DNA of 64,000 bases. It comes from Candidatus Binatia bacterium. Lineage in GTDB: Bacteria > Desulfobacterota > Binatia > Bin18. The DNA lies in assembly GCA_963667495.1 (NCBI GenBank), contig OY763426.1:2667460-2731459 (forward strand), read 5' to 3'. Position numbers and translations under genes: made by a program. The notes under the pieces are model-generated. The model saw only the letters and a list, made by a program, of their open reading frames with translations. It had not been told where the DNA came from and searched no databases. The first letter of the stretch is position 1. Every line of letters begins with the position of its first letter. Of this stretch, positions 1 to 9,050 are shown piece after piece.

Positions 1-172
1 ACTGAACCACAGCGAAACACTCCCCCTCAGTCTGACCGATGATAGAGAGCCTGGGCCGAGTTGTCCTCATCTCCATTTCCTGTTCTTATCCCTGCGGGAA
101 GACCCTCAGGTGAAATTTTCTGCAATCATTTCTTTGTTGTGTTTGTGAGGGTGATTGAGGCTTGGAGGTGGT

Positions 173-616
173 GTGTTCTACGGCGAACTCTTTGCCCTCA
201 CCGCGGCGTGCCTGTGGGGGATGTCGCCCATCTTTATCCGCAAGGGGCTGCCGTACGCGAGTGTCTCGGTCGGGCTGCTGTGCGGGCTGGGTGCCAGCCT
301 GCCGTTGATGGCTCTGGTCTTTGCACTTCATCCGCGTTCGGTGACGCAGGTTATTACGCCCCAGGCTGCGCTGTGGTTTATCGCCGCGGGCATCGTTGGT
401 CCATGTTTGGGCCGGATGTGTAATTACTTGGGGGTCGCTCATCTTGGGGCGGCCAAGAGCACGCCCTTGGTGAATACCGCGCCGCTTTTTACGACGGTTT
501 TTGCATTGCTTTTTTTGCAGGAGGATATCAGCCTCAAGATTCTGAGCGGCATCCTGAGCGTTGTGGCCGGGGTGGTGATTCTGACCGGACAAAACCGTTG
601 GGAAGGCCGGAGATGA
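173..616 (+). CDS. EamA/DMT-family transporter, single-domain half (N-half)
   Basis: About 5 hydrophobic segments; DMT-like ALTAACLWG and KSTPLVNTAPLF motifs; GGAGG RBS at 164-168 favours the GTG start at 173. Confidence 0.8.
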   Translation: MFYGELFALTAACLWGMSPIFIRKGLPYASVSVGLLCGLGASLPLMALVFALHPRSVTQVITPQAALWFIAAGIVGPCLGRMCNYLGVAHLGAAKSTPLVNTAPLFTTVFALLFLQEDISLKILSGILSVVAGVVILTGQNRWEGRR

Positions 617-1044
617 GGACGAGCACTCTCCTCTATCCGTTTCTTGCTGCCTTTTGTTACGGGATGAATCCCATTCTTGCCAAACTCGGTTTGCAGTCGA
701 GTAATGAGCCGGTGTTTGGTGCGTGCATCGGCATTCTTGCCGGCGTGGTGATGTATGCGGCCTATTTTTTTGCGAGTGGACAGGCAGGCCAGTTGCTTTC
801 CCTACCGCGTTGGGCGGGCGTGTATTTTGGTCTGGCCGGTCTGACCTCAACTCTGGCTATTTTTTCGCTGTTTTTTGCGCTGGAATATCTGCCCGCCGTT
901 GTTGTTGCTCCCTTTACCTCAGCCGTACCGCTCGTCACGCTCGTCCTGAGCCATTTGGTGCTGCACGATAGTGAACGCATCACCAAAGCCGACGTGGCTG
1001 GGACGATTTTCATCGTCGGGGGGATAGTGTTATTGGTCAGTTGA
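613..1044 (+). CDS. EamA/DMT-family transporter, single-domain half (C-half)
   Basis: AAFCYG...LAKLGL, VVAPF...PLV motifs; ATGA overlap with the upstream half. Confidence 0.8.
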   Translation: MRTSTLLYPFLAAFCYGMNPILAKLGLQSSNEPVFGACIGILAGVVMYAAYFFASGQAGQLLSLPRWAGVYFGLAGLTSTLAIFSLFFALEYLPAVVVAPFTSAVPLVTLVLSHLVLHDSERITKADVAGTIFIVGGIVLLVS

Positions 1045-1068
1045 GAGACCGATCAGCCGTCCCGACGG

Positions 1069-2421
1069 TTATGCGATCGATGGCGTCTCCGAGAAAGCCA
1101 ACACGTCCGCACACCACTCGCCAACCGCCAACAGCTTCTCTTCGGCAAAGGCAGCTCCCATGAGTTGCAGACCCAAGGGCAGGCCGGTTTGACTCAGCCC
1201 TGAGGGCAAGGCCAGGCTCGGCAGGCCGGAAAAGGTTGCCGGACCGTTAAAGGTCGGATCGCCGGTGGTGGTGAAGCCTTTGGGAGCGGGGGCTGGGGTT
1301 GCCGGAGTCAGCAGGGCGTCGACCGTTCGGCAGAGTGTGTCCATTTCATTCCGAAACGTGTGTTGGTGGCGTTGGGTTTCCATATACTCCACACCGGAGA
1401 TTTGGCGACCCTTCTCGATCAAGTCCTTCATCTGCGGGCTGTACTGCTCTTTGTACCGGTCGTAGACCTCACTATGTGAATAGGCCGACTCAACGAACAT
1501 CATCGTAAAGTGCGCTTCGGGCTCGCCCTTGAAACTCTCCGGGAGTGCTACCTCGGTGACATGAGCACCGGCCTGGGTCAGTTGCTCCACCACTGCTTCA
1601 ATATGCTGCTGGGTTTCCGCATCGGCTTTTTCAAGAAAGAATTCCCGGACCAGGCCGATACGGGGCGGCTGCGGGTCGGCCAGAGCGGCAGTATAGTTCG
1701 GGATCGGTTGCACCGCGCTCATCGGGTCGTTCGTGTCCTCGCCAGCCAGGACCTGAAGCAGCAAGGCGGTATCTGCCACAGTACGGGAAAAAATTCCCAC
1801 ATGGTCCAGACTGCCTGCCAGAGGATAGACGCCGTAGGCGCTGATTCGGCCAAAGGTCGGCTTGAGGCCGACGCAGCCGCAGTAGGAGGCCGGACGTATG
1901 GTCGAGCCATAGGTCTGAGAGCCCAAGGCACCAAAGCACATCTGCGCAGCCACCGCAGCCGCAGACCCGCTGCTGGAGCCGCCCGGCGTGTGTTCAATAT
2001 TCCAGGGGTTCCGGGTTGGTGATGGAGCCAGGGCAGCGAACTCCGTGGTCTGGACTTTGCCCAGAATGATCGCTCCGGCCTCCTTGAGGAGGCGCACGGA
2101 GGTGGCGTCATACTCTGGGACATAGTCGGCGTAAATGGGCGACCCCATCGTTGTCTTCATCCCGGCGGTAAAGAAAATATCTTTGAGTCCGAGTGGGATG
2201 CCGTGCAGCGGACCTCGGTATTGTCCGCTGTTGATTTCCGTTTCGTACTGCTGAGCGGTGGCTAAGGCACCCTCACTATCAACCGTCACCCAGGCGCGGA
2301 GCTGCGGTTCAAGCTGGTCCAGGCGGTCCAGACAGGACTGGACCAGGGTCACGGGAGAGAGCTGCTGGGTACGAATACGTTCAGCTGCTGTAGCGATAGT
2401 GAGCGCGTACGGTTGTGTCAT
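1069..2421 (-). CDS. Amidase-signature family amidase
   Basis: GPLHGIPLGLKD, GKVQTTEFA, PGGSSSGSAAAVA, RPASYCG, GLKPTFGR motifs; start placed at MTQPY (2421). Confidence 0.9.
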   Translation of the reverse strand: MTQPYALTIATAAERIRTQQLSPVTLVQSCLDRLDQLEPQLRAWVTVDSEGALATAQQYETEINSGQYRGPLHGIPLGLKDIFFTAGMKTTMGSPIYADYVPEYDATSVRLLKEAGAIILGKVQTTEFAALAPSPTRNPWNIEHTPGGSSSGSAAAVAAQMCFGALGSQTYGSTIRPASYCGCVGLKPTFGRISAYGVYPLAGSLDHVGIFSRTVADTALLLQVLAGEDTNDPMSAVQPIPNYTAALADPQPPRIGLVREFFLEKADAETQQHIEAVVEQLTQAGAHVTEVALPESFKGEPEAHFTMMFVESAYSHSEVYDRYKEQYSPQMKDLIEKGRQISGVEYMETQRHQHTFRNEMDTLCRTVDALLTPATPAPAPKGFTTTGDPTFNGPATFSGLPSLALPSGLSQTGLPLGLQLMGAAFAEEKLLAVGEWCADVLAFSETPSIA

Positions 2422-2443
2422 GTGGACCTCTGACGGCTGTCGA

Positions 2444-2902
2444 TTAGTCTTCCACCAACTCGTCAAGCTGAACCAGAATACCATCCGGGTCACGCAGGAA
2501 CGTACTGTTAAAGTTGCCGTCTTTTGTTTTGGTAACGGTTGGTGGCACGACAAAATCGGCGCCCTTGGCCTTCAATTCCTCGTAGACCTGGGGGAGATTT
2601 TCCACCCAAAAGGCGTAGTGATGGATGCCGATCTGGTCAAGTTTGATCGGCTCGCCGCTGACCGGCTTATCCGAGTGTTCGGATAAGACCAAAAATGCCT
2701 CGTGCGGGCCTTTTTTCCAATATAGTGTCGCCACCCGCCGCTGGTCGTGCGGCTCTTGATACAAGGCCGGCAGGACCGTTCCCTGGGTTGATTGCACTTC
2801 GTCCCGGACTACCTCAAAGCCGAGCAGATCGCGATAAAACCGCAGCGAGGCGTCCATGTCACGCACGCCCACTGCAATATGGGATACACCGTTTGTCACC
2901 AT
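2444..2902 (-). CDS. VOC / glyoxalase family protein
   Basis: SHIAVGVRDMDASLRFYRDLLGF, HHYAFWV, FLRDPDGILVQL. Confidence 0.9.
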   Translation of the reverse strand: MVTNGVSHIAVGVRDMDASLRFYRDLLGFEVVRDEVQSTQGTVLPALYQEPHDQRRVATLYWKKGPHEAFLVLSEHSDKPVSGEPIKLDQIGIHHYAFWVENLPQVYEELKAKGADFVVPPTVTKTKDGNFNSTFLRDPDGILVQLDELVED

Positions 2903-3017
2903 GAATTATCCCTCCTTGTGTCTGCCCTATTCTTGACAGGTCCGGGGCAGACATACAAGAAGACAAGTAAGGCGCCGACACGTTTCAAGGGCGTAAAACG
3001 AAAAAAAAGGATGAGAT

Positions 3018-4808
3018 ATGCAGCAATCCGAACTCAAAGCGGAAGGTGTACGCTGGGACCTGGAAGGGCTGTATACCAGCCCGGACGATCCTCGGCTTGA
3101 GGCTGACCTGGCGGAAGCGCGCCGTCGGGCGGAAGTCTTTGCGCAGACCTACCGTGACAGGGTTGAAAACGGGCAGGTCGATGGGACGGCACTCGCCCAG
3201 GCGTTGGTCGAGTATGAAGCGATTACTGAACTTCAGCACCGCCCCGCCTTTTACGCCTCGCTCCTGTTTGCGGCTGATACCCAGAACCAGCCGGCCCAGC
3301 AGCTTGTTCAGCACACGCGCGAAGCCGCCACCGGCATCGAGAACCTGTTGGTCTTCTTCTCTCTGGAGCTGATTGCGTTACCGGACGAGCAACTCGCCCA
3401 GCTCCTCACCGTCCCGGAGCTGCAAGCCTATCAACACTATCTGGAAGCGATCCGACGCTTTAAGCCGCATACCTTGAGTGAAAAAGAGGAACGGCTCCTG
3501 AACCATAAAAACCTGTCGGGCAAGCATGCCTTCCGGCAGCTGTATGACGAACTCAGCGGCTCGCTCCGGTTTCCACTTACCAGGGAAGGCAAAGAACAAC
3601 TACTCACCGATGGTGAGATCCTGGCGCTGCTGCGCCAGCCGGACAGCGAGCTGCGCGAGCGGGCCCTGACCATATTTCTGGAAACCTATGCCCAGCACAC
3701 GCTCGTCCTGACTTCGATTTTTAACAACCTGCTGCTCGATCATAAAATTGAGTGCGAGCAGCGTCAGTATGACGATGTCACGCTGCCCACCCACCTGTCG
3801 AACGAGATTGCCCCGCCAACGGTCGAGTCGATGATGCAGGCCGTGGAACGCCATTATCCCCTGGCGCAGGAATATTTTCGGCTGAAGGCGGAATTGCTCG
3901 GGGTTGAACGGCTCAAGAATACGGACCTGTACGCGCCGATTGAAACTGAGGCCGAGGAAATCCCCTTTGCAGACGCGCAGGATTTGATCCTGACGGCCTT
4001 TGGGAATTTTAATGAACAGTTTGCGGCCCTGGCCGAGGAGTTTTTCCAGAACCGGTGGATTGATGCCGAGGTCCGGGCGGGAAAACGCGGCGGTGCCTTT
4101 TGCGCGGCTCTGTCGCCCGCCCATCATCCGTATGTATTGTGCAGCTATACCGGCACCGGACGCGCGGTCTCAACCGTGGCTCACGAGCTGGGTCACGGCA
4201 TTCATTACATGTTGGCGCGACGTCAGAAATCCCTGCATTACGACGCTCCCCTGGTGCTCGCGGAGACGGCCTCGGTCTTTGCGGAAATCGTCCTGACCCA
4301 ACACCTGCTGGATAAGGCTGAGCAGCCGGATACGCGCCGTGCCCTGCTGTGCGAGGTCTTGGAGGAAATGTACGGCACCGTCTTTCGACAAACCGCCCTG
4401 ACCCGTTTTGAGATGGCGGCGCATGCCCAGCGCCGGGACGGGCAACTCAGCGCCGACGACCTGTGCGAGCTCTGGATGACCGAACAGGGCAAGCTCTTTG
4501 GCGAGAGTGTTGAACTGTTGCCCGTCTATCGCTGGGGCTGGTCGTATATTCCGCATTTTATTCACAGCCGGTTCTACTGTTATTCCTACCCGTTCGGCGA
4601 ACTGCTTACCCTGGCCCTGTATCAACGCTATCTCGACCAGGGGGAGGACTTTGTGCCTGGTTATTTCCGCCTATTGGAAAGCGGCGGCTCACAACGGCCG
4701 GAGTACGCCCTGGCGCAGATGTGTATAGACATCAATCAGCCCGAATTCTGGGACCGGGGCTTCCAGGTCATCCAAGGGTTTCTGACCGACCTCCGGGCAA
4801 CACTTTAA
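3018..4808 (+). CDS. pepF: M3 family oligoendopeptidase F
   Basis: WDLEGLY N-terminus, GKRGGAFC, HELGH zinc motif, LAETASVFAE, WSYIPHF. Confidence 0.9.
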   Translation: MQQSELKAEGVRWDLEGLYTSPDDPRLEADLAEARRRAEVFAQTYRDRVENGQVDGTALAQALVEYEAITELQHRPAFYASLLFAADTQNQPAQQLVQHTREAATGIENLLVFFSLELIALPDEQLAQLLTVPELQAYQHYLEAIRRFKPHTLSEKEERLLNHKNLSGKHAFRQLYDELSGSLRFPLTREGKEQLLTDGEILALLRQPDSELRERALTIFLETYAQHTLVLTSIFNNLLLDHKIECEQRQYDDVTLPTHLSNEIAPPTVESMMQAVERHYPLAQEYFRLKAELLGVERLKNTDLYAPIETEAEEIPFADAQDLILTAFGNFNEQFAALAEEFFQNRWIDAEVRAGKRGGAFCAALSPAHHPYVLCSYTGTGRAVSTVAHELGHGIHYMLARRQKSLHYDAPLVLAETASVFAEIVLTQHLLDKAEQPDTRRALLCEVLEEMYGTVFRQTALTRFEMAAHAQRRDGQLSADDLCELWMTEQGKLFGESVELLPVYRWGWSYIPHFIHSRFYCYSYPFGELLTLALYQRYLDQGEDFVPGYFRLLESGGSQRPEYALAQMCIDINQPEFWDRGFQVIQGFLTDLRATL

Positions 4809-4823
4809 AAGGAACACCATCCT

Positions 4824-5426
4824 ATGTACGCGCGTGTTATTCCCATCCAATGCCGCCCCGACCTCCTGACTGACTTCCTGTCCGTTTATCGGAGTGCGGT
4901 GCTGCCGCCGCTGGTCCGAGAGCCTGGGTTCCATGGAGCCTTGGTGCTGTCTGACCCGGAGGTGCATACGGGCTTCATCGTTACCTTGTGGAATTCCGAG
5001 GCTGCGCTGGCCCAATCCGAGATGAAGAGCCGCAAGGCCGTTGCCGCCATGCTGTTACCGTTCCTGACCGCACACCCGCAGCCTGAACAATACGAAGTCC
5101 TGGTCCGGGCCGGCCAGCATGTTGGCGGGCTGTTCGCCCGGATGATTACTTTGCCTGTTCCCGAGGCGCAGCTTGAGTCGGCCCGGACCGTGTATGAGCA
5201 AGAATATCTGCCCGTCCTCAGGCAGCAGCCTGGCTTTCAGGGCGTGCTGTGGCTGGCCAATCGCGCGCACGGCAGCGGACGCGGGCTGAGTTTTTGGACC
5301 AGCCGGGACCAGATACAGGCCGCCGACCGGGAGAATGAAATTTTTCCTCGGGTCTTGTCCCGGCTGGCGGAATATTTTTCCGCTCCGACCGAGCGGGGCT
5401 ATTACGCCGTTTCCGTGCAAATATAG
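4824..5426 (+). CDS. Tandem two-domain antibiotic-biosynthesis-monooxygenase (ABM)-like protein
   Basis: Two similar halves, each with a [EQ]PGF.G motif and a TLW/SFW segment. Confidence 0.65.
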   Translation: MYARVIPIQCRPDLLTDFLSVYRSAVLPPLVREPGFHGALVLSDPEVHTGFIVTLWNSEAALAQSEMKSRKAVAAMLLPFLTAHPQPEQYEVLVRAGQHVGGLFARMITLPVPEAQLESARTVYEQEYLPVLRQQPGFQGVLWLANRAHGSGRGLSFWTSRDQIQAADRENEIFPRVLSRLAEYFSAPTERGYYAVSVQI

Positions 5427-5439
5427 CTCATATCGAAAA

Positions 5440-6771
5440 TCAGCCGAGCCGTTGCTTGGCGGTGAGATCCTGCTCCAGAGTCTTGCCGGTCAGCCAGAAA
5501 AAGACGGCGGACAGCAGACTGGTGCTGACGCCGACGCCGAGCAGAGAGTAGCGAATCGCGTCCGGCGTCCCTATCAGATCGTTGAGAATACCGACCGTTT
5601 GGGGGCCGGCCCCCAGGCCGATCATCGTCAGGATAAAAATAAAGACTGCCGAAGCCGTTGCCCGCATGGCCGGCGGAGCCAGATCTTGTACGATAGAGCT
5701 GGCCGGTCCTATCCACATCGTGCCAAAGACGTTCGCCGGGAAGAAGCTTAATAGCGCCAGGGTGGTATTATCGAGTACCAGGGCTGCGACGATAAAGGGC
5801 GTCGAACAGAGTGCGCCAACCAGACTGATATAGGCGCGCGCCTTGGGCTGGTCCCTGACCCAGCGGTCCGCAAGCCAGCCGCCGGAAAAGGCGCCAATCG
5901 CGCCGCCTATGCCGGTAATCCAGGACAACCACAAGCCCAGCTCTCCGGGTGTCATGCCGTGCAGCCGAATGAAAAAGGCCGGAATCCAGGCTGCGAGTCC
6001 ATAACCCACAAAGGCCTGAAAGGCCGCCGCCAAACTGATGCGGCGGCCGCTGGGCAGGCGGGTCAGAAACCGCCAGGTTTCACCCAGGCCATAGGCACGA
6101 CTCGTCGCTGCTGTCCGTTCACTCATACCTCGCGGGGGCTCGCGGACCGTGAAACGGACCACGACGGCCATGGCGACACCGGGAAGGCCGATAACCATAA
6201 ACGCCACCCGCCAGCCAAAGGCATCATTTAGCCAGCCGCCCAACCAGAAGCCCAGACCCACGCCCATGTAAATGCCACACGCATACACGGCGAGCACGGT
6301 CGCACGTTTTTCCGGGGGGAAATAGTCGGACAGCAGGGAGTGCGCCGGCGGAGTGCAGCCCGCCTCACCTATGCCGACGCCCACCCGGGCCAATGCCAGA
6401 TCGGTAAAATTCCGTGACAGGCCTGAGGCCGCAGTCATCAGGCTCCAGGTCGCGAGACTCAGGGCAATGAGGCTCCGCCGGACCCAGCGGTCGGCGACAC
6501 GGGCGAGGGGTAGGCCGGCAATCGCGTAAAAAACGGCAAAGGCAAAACCGGTCAGAAACCCCATGGCCGTGTCCGAGACTTGCAGGTCCTCCTTAATCGG
6601 CTGGAGCAAGATGGCCAGGATTTGACGGTCAATGAAATTGAACACGTACACCACAAAGAGGACGGCCAGGACGTAATAGGCATACGGTCCGCCGACCTCA
6701 GGGGGTGCGTCGTGGGACTGAGAAACAGGGCTGTTCTGGTCGGGAGTCTCTTCTTGTGAGGAGGGTGGCAT
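5440..6771 (-). CDS. MFS transporter (spinster-like)
   Basis: YVFNFIDRQIL, ARVADRW motif A, ARVGVGIGEAG, about 12 hydrophobic segments. Confidence 0.9.
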   Translation of the reverse strand: MPPSSQEETPDQNSPVSQSHDAPPEVGGPYAYYVLAVLFVVYVFNFIDRQILAILLQPIKEDLQVSDTAMGFLTGFAFAVFYAIAGLPLARVADRWVRRSLIALSLATWSLMTAASGLSRNFTDLALARVGVGIGEAGCTPPAHSLLSDYFPPEKRATVLAVYACGIYMGVGLGFWLGGWLNDAFGWRVAFMVIGLPGVAMAVVVRFTVREPPRGMSERTAATSRAYGLGETWRFLTRLPSGRRISLAAAFQAFVGYGLAAWIPAFFIRLHGMTPGELGLWLSWITGIGGAIGAFSGGWLADRWVRDQPKARAYISLVGALCSTPFIVAALVLDNTTLALLSFFPANVFGTMWIGPASSIVQDLAPPAMRATASAVFIFILTMIGLGAGPQTVGILNDLIGTPDAIRYSLLGVGVSTSLLSAVFFWLTGKTLEQDLTAKQRLG

Positions 6772-6927
6772 GCGTTTCCTTTTTTGACAGGCTCCCCTTC
6801 TCGCCTGAAGCGCGCGCGGTTGTCAAGCACCGTCTCGGCAGAACAGACACGGCGAATAGCTGACGCTCAAAAGGGGACGTGCTACAGTCGCGCGACTGAA
6901 CTGAGCCCAAGAAAGGATAAGAGAAAA

Positions 6928-7923
6928 ATGGCCCATAAAATTTCCATTGGTATCGATTGGCAAGGCAAGCTCGACTACCAAGCGCTGTGTGAAAAGGTAC
7001 AAATCGCGGAGGCGGCCGGGGTGCATTCGGCCTGGGTGCCGGAAGCCTGGGGGCGGGATGCGTTCACCATTTTGACCCTGTTAGCCGACAAGACAAAGAC
7101 TATCAATCTCGGCACGGCGATTGTGAATACCTACTCACGCACCCCCGCAGCACTGGCCCAACACTTTGCCACCCTGGACGAGGTCTCTGAAGGGCGGATG
7201 CTGCTCGGTCTGGGGACGAGTGGCCCACAGGTGATCGAGCACTTTCACGGGGTTGCGTTCAATCCTCCACTCCAGCGGATGCGCGAGTATGTGGAGATCA
7301 TCAACACGATTATGAAGGGCGAGCCGCTCAAATACTCGGGCAGGCTGTTCGACCTGCAACGCGGCTTTACGTTGCGCTTCCAGCCCGTTCGCACCCATAT
7401 TCCGATTTATCTGGCCACGATGAATGCCAAGAGTGTGAAAATGACCGCCGAGCTAGCCGACGGCTGGTTGCCGATTCTGATTCCCATTGAGCACCTCAAG
7501 AGCGAGATTGACAATCTGCGCCAAGCCAGCCTGGCCGTCGGACGGCCGGCCGACGCGGTCGCTGTCCGTTCGCCAGGCACGATCACGGTGACTTCGCAGG
7601 TTGATAAAGCCCACGCCGCCTCAGCCGGTATGCTGGCCTTTTACATTGGCCGCATGGGCACGTTCTATGCCGCCCAACTCACCCGGCTGGGCTACGGGGA
7701 AGCGGTTGAAACCGTCAAAAAAGCCTGGGCCGGTGGCTCACGCGCCGCCGGTGAAGCCGTGCCCGCTCAGTTGGTCGATGCAACTGGCTGTGTAGGATCG
7801 GTGGAAGCAGGCATCGACCGCCTGCAAGCCCAGGCCGAGGGCGGGGTGGACCTGCATCACGTCAATGTGCAGGCAGAGAATAATAGAGAGTATGAGCGGA
7901 TTTTGGCGAAGTTGGTCGGGTGA
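6928..7923 (+). CDS. LLM-class flavin/F420-dependent oxidoreductase
   Basis: WVPEAWGRDA, LGTAIVNTYSRTP, GRMLLGLGTSG, ADGW; start at MAHKI. Confidence 0.85.
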   Translation: MAHKISIGIDWQGKLDYQALCEKVQIAEAAGVHSAWVPEAWGRDAFTILTLLADKTKTINLGTAIVNTYSRTPAALAQHFATLDEVSEGRMLLGLGTSGPQVIEHFHGVAFNPPLQRMREYVEIINTIMKGEPLKYSGRLFDLQRGFTLRFQPVRTHIPIYLATMNAKSVKMTAELADGWLPILIPIEHLKSEIDNLRQASLAVGRPADAVAVRSPGTITVTSQVDKAHAASAGMLAFYIGRMGTFYAAQLTRLGYGEAVETVKKAWAGGSRAAGEAVPAQLVDATGCVGSVEAGIDRLQAQAEGGVDLHHVNVQAENNREYERILAKLVG

Positions 7924-7964
7924 TGTGTTCGGGTAATCTTCGTAATCGTCCTCATCTCTTCTTG

Positions 7965-8007
7965 ATCCCCTCCTGCGGAGGGGTGGCCGTAGGCCGGGGT
8001 GGGTTTC
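7965..8007 (-). repeat. Dispersed two-hairpin (REP-like) element, copy 1
   Basis: Reverse complement GAAACCCACCCCGGCCTACGGCCACCCCTCCGCAGGAGGGGAT matches the copy at 25658-25702; lies between two convergent LLM genes. Confidence 0.7.
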
Positions 8008-8016
8008 TCCTGAGCT

Positions 8017-9000
8017 CTACTGCCCGAACGTCTCAACCAGTGCATACATGTCTTCCCCGGTGATTTGGCTCGTCGGTGGAGATGCGACTATGGGGTGCTC
8101 CACACCGGCGTCGATAAAATGACCGAGTTGAGTGCGGCAGTCTTCGGGCGGACCGAAGACGAACAGCTCTTCGACCATGGAATCCGGAATGGCTTCTTCC
8201 GCCCCCTTCCGGTCGCCAGCCTGCCAACGGGCATGCACTTCATCCAGAATATCGCCATAGCCAAAGCGGCGGAAACCCTGGATGTATGTGTTGGCCTGAC
8301 AGTAGCCCACCAACACGTGGCGCAGTTGCCGTAGGGCCTGTTCCCGATCCTGTTTGACCAGCGTATGCACATAGCAGCCGATATCGATATCGCTCAGACT
8401 GCGCCCGGCACGTTCCGCCCCTTTCGCAATCTCGGCCAGCGAATGGGGAATCTGTCGCGCCGGCAACCAGGCCAGCAGTACCCCGTCCGCGATCTCTCCG
8501 ACTAGCTGGAGCATGCGCGGGTTCACGGCCGCCAGATAGATAGGCATGGCCCCCGACAGGCGCAGGCTGAGACGAAAGCCCTGTGGCCGGTAAAACCCGT
8601 CGGTACGCGTGACCCGCTCGCCGGCCAATACGCGGCGGACAATATCCACATACTCGCGCGTGCGGGCTACGGGCCGGTCCCAGGCAATACCGTGAAAGGT
8701 GTTGATATTGCGCGTGCTCACCCCGATGCCCAACCGCGCCCGGCCTGGCGCAACCAAATCCATGCTAGCGGCCTGCATGGCGGTGAGCGTTGGCGGGCGG
8801 AGGTAGAGCGAGATGATGCCCGTACCAACATGAATGCGCTGCGTGGTGGCCAGAAAGGCGGTGACCAGCGTACTCGTCTCCGTGCCCCATGCCTCACCGA
8901 ACCACAGGCTCTCGAAGCCGCGTTCTTCGGCCTGGCGTGCGACCTGCTGATACACCTCGAAATGATGTCCGGTCGGCGGCAGGCCCAATCCTATGCGCAT
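8017..9000 (-). CDS. LLM-class flavin/F420-dependent oxidoreductase
   Basis: LWFGEAWG, VGTGIISLYLRPP, RLGIGVS, IYLAAVNPRMLQLVGEIADG; GGAGAG RBS before ATG at 9000. Confidence 0.85.
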   Translation of the reverse strand: MRIGLGLPPTGHHFEVYQQVARQAEERGFESLWFGEAWGTETSTLVTAFLATTQRIHVGTGIISLYLRPPTLTAMQAASMDLVAPGRARLGIGVSTRNINTFHGIAWDRPVARTREYVDIVRRVLAGERVTRTDGFYRPQGFRLSLRLSGAMPIYLAAVNPRMLQLVGEIADGVLLAWLPARQIPHSLAEIAKGAERAGRSLSDIDIGCYVHTLVKQDREQALRQLRHVLVGYCQANTYIQGFRRFGYGDILDEVHARWQAGDRKGAEEAIPDSMVEELFVFGPPEDCRTQLGHFIDAGVEHPIVASPPTSQITGEDMYALVETFGQ

Positions 9001-9014
9001 AGTGTCTCTCCCTT

Positions 9015-9044
9015 TTCCAGAATTACGTCTTCCAGAATTACGTC
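9015..9044. repeat. 15-bp perfect tandem direct repeat (TTCCAGAATTACGTC x2)
   Basis: Read directly from the sequence in the 50-bp gap between the ABC-F and LLM genes. Confidence 0.85.
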
Positions 9045-9050
9045 CCGGGT

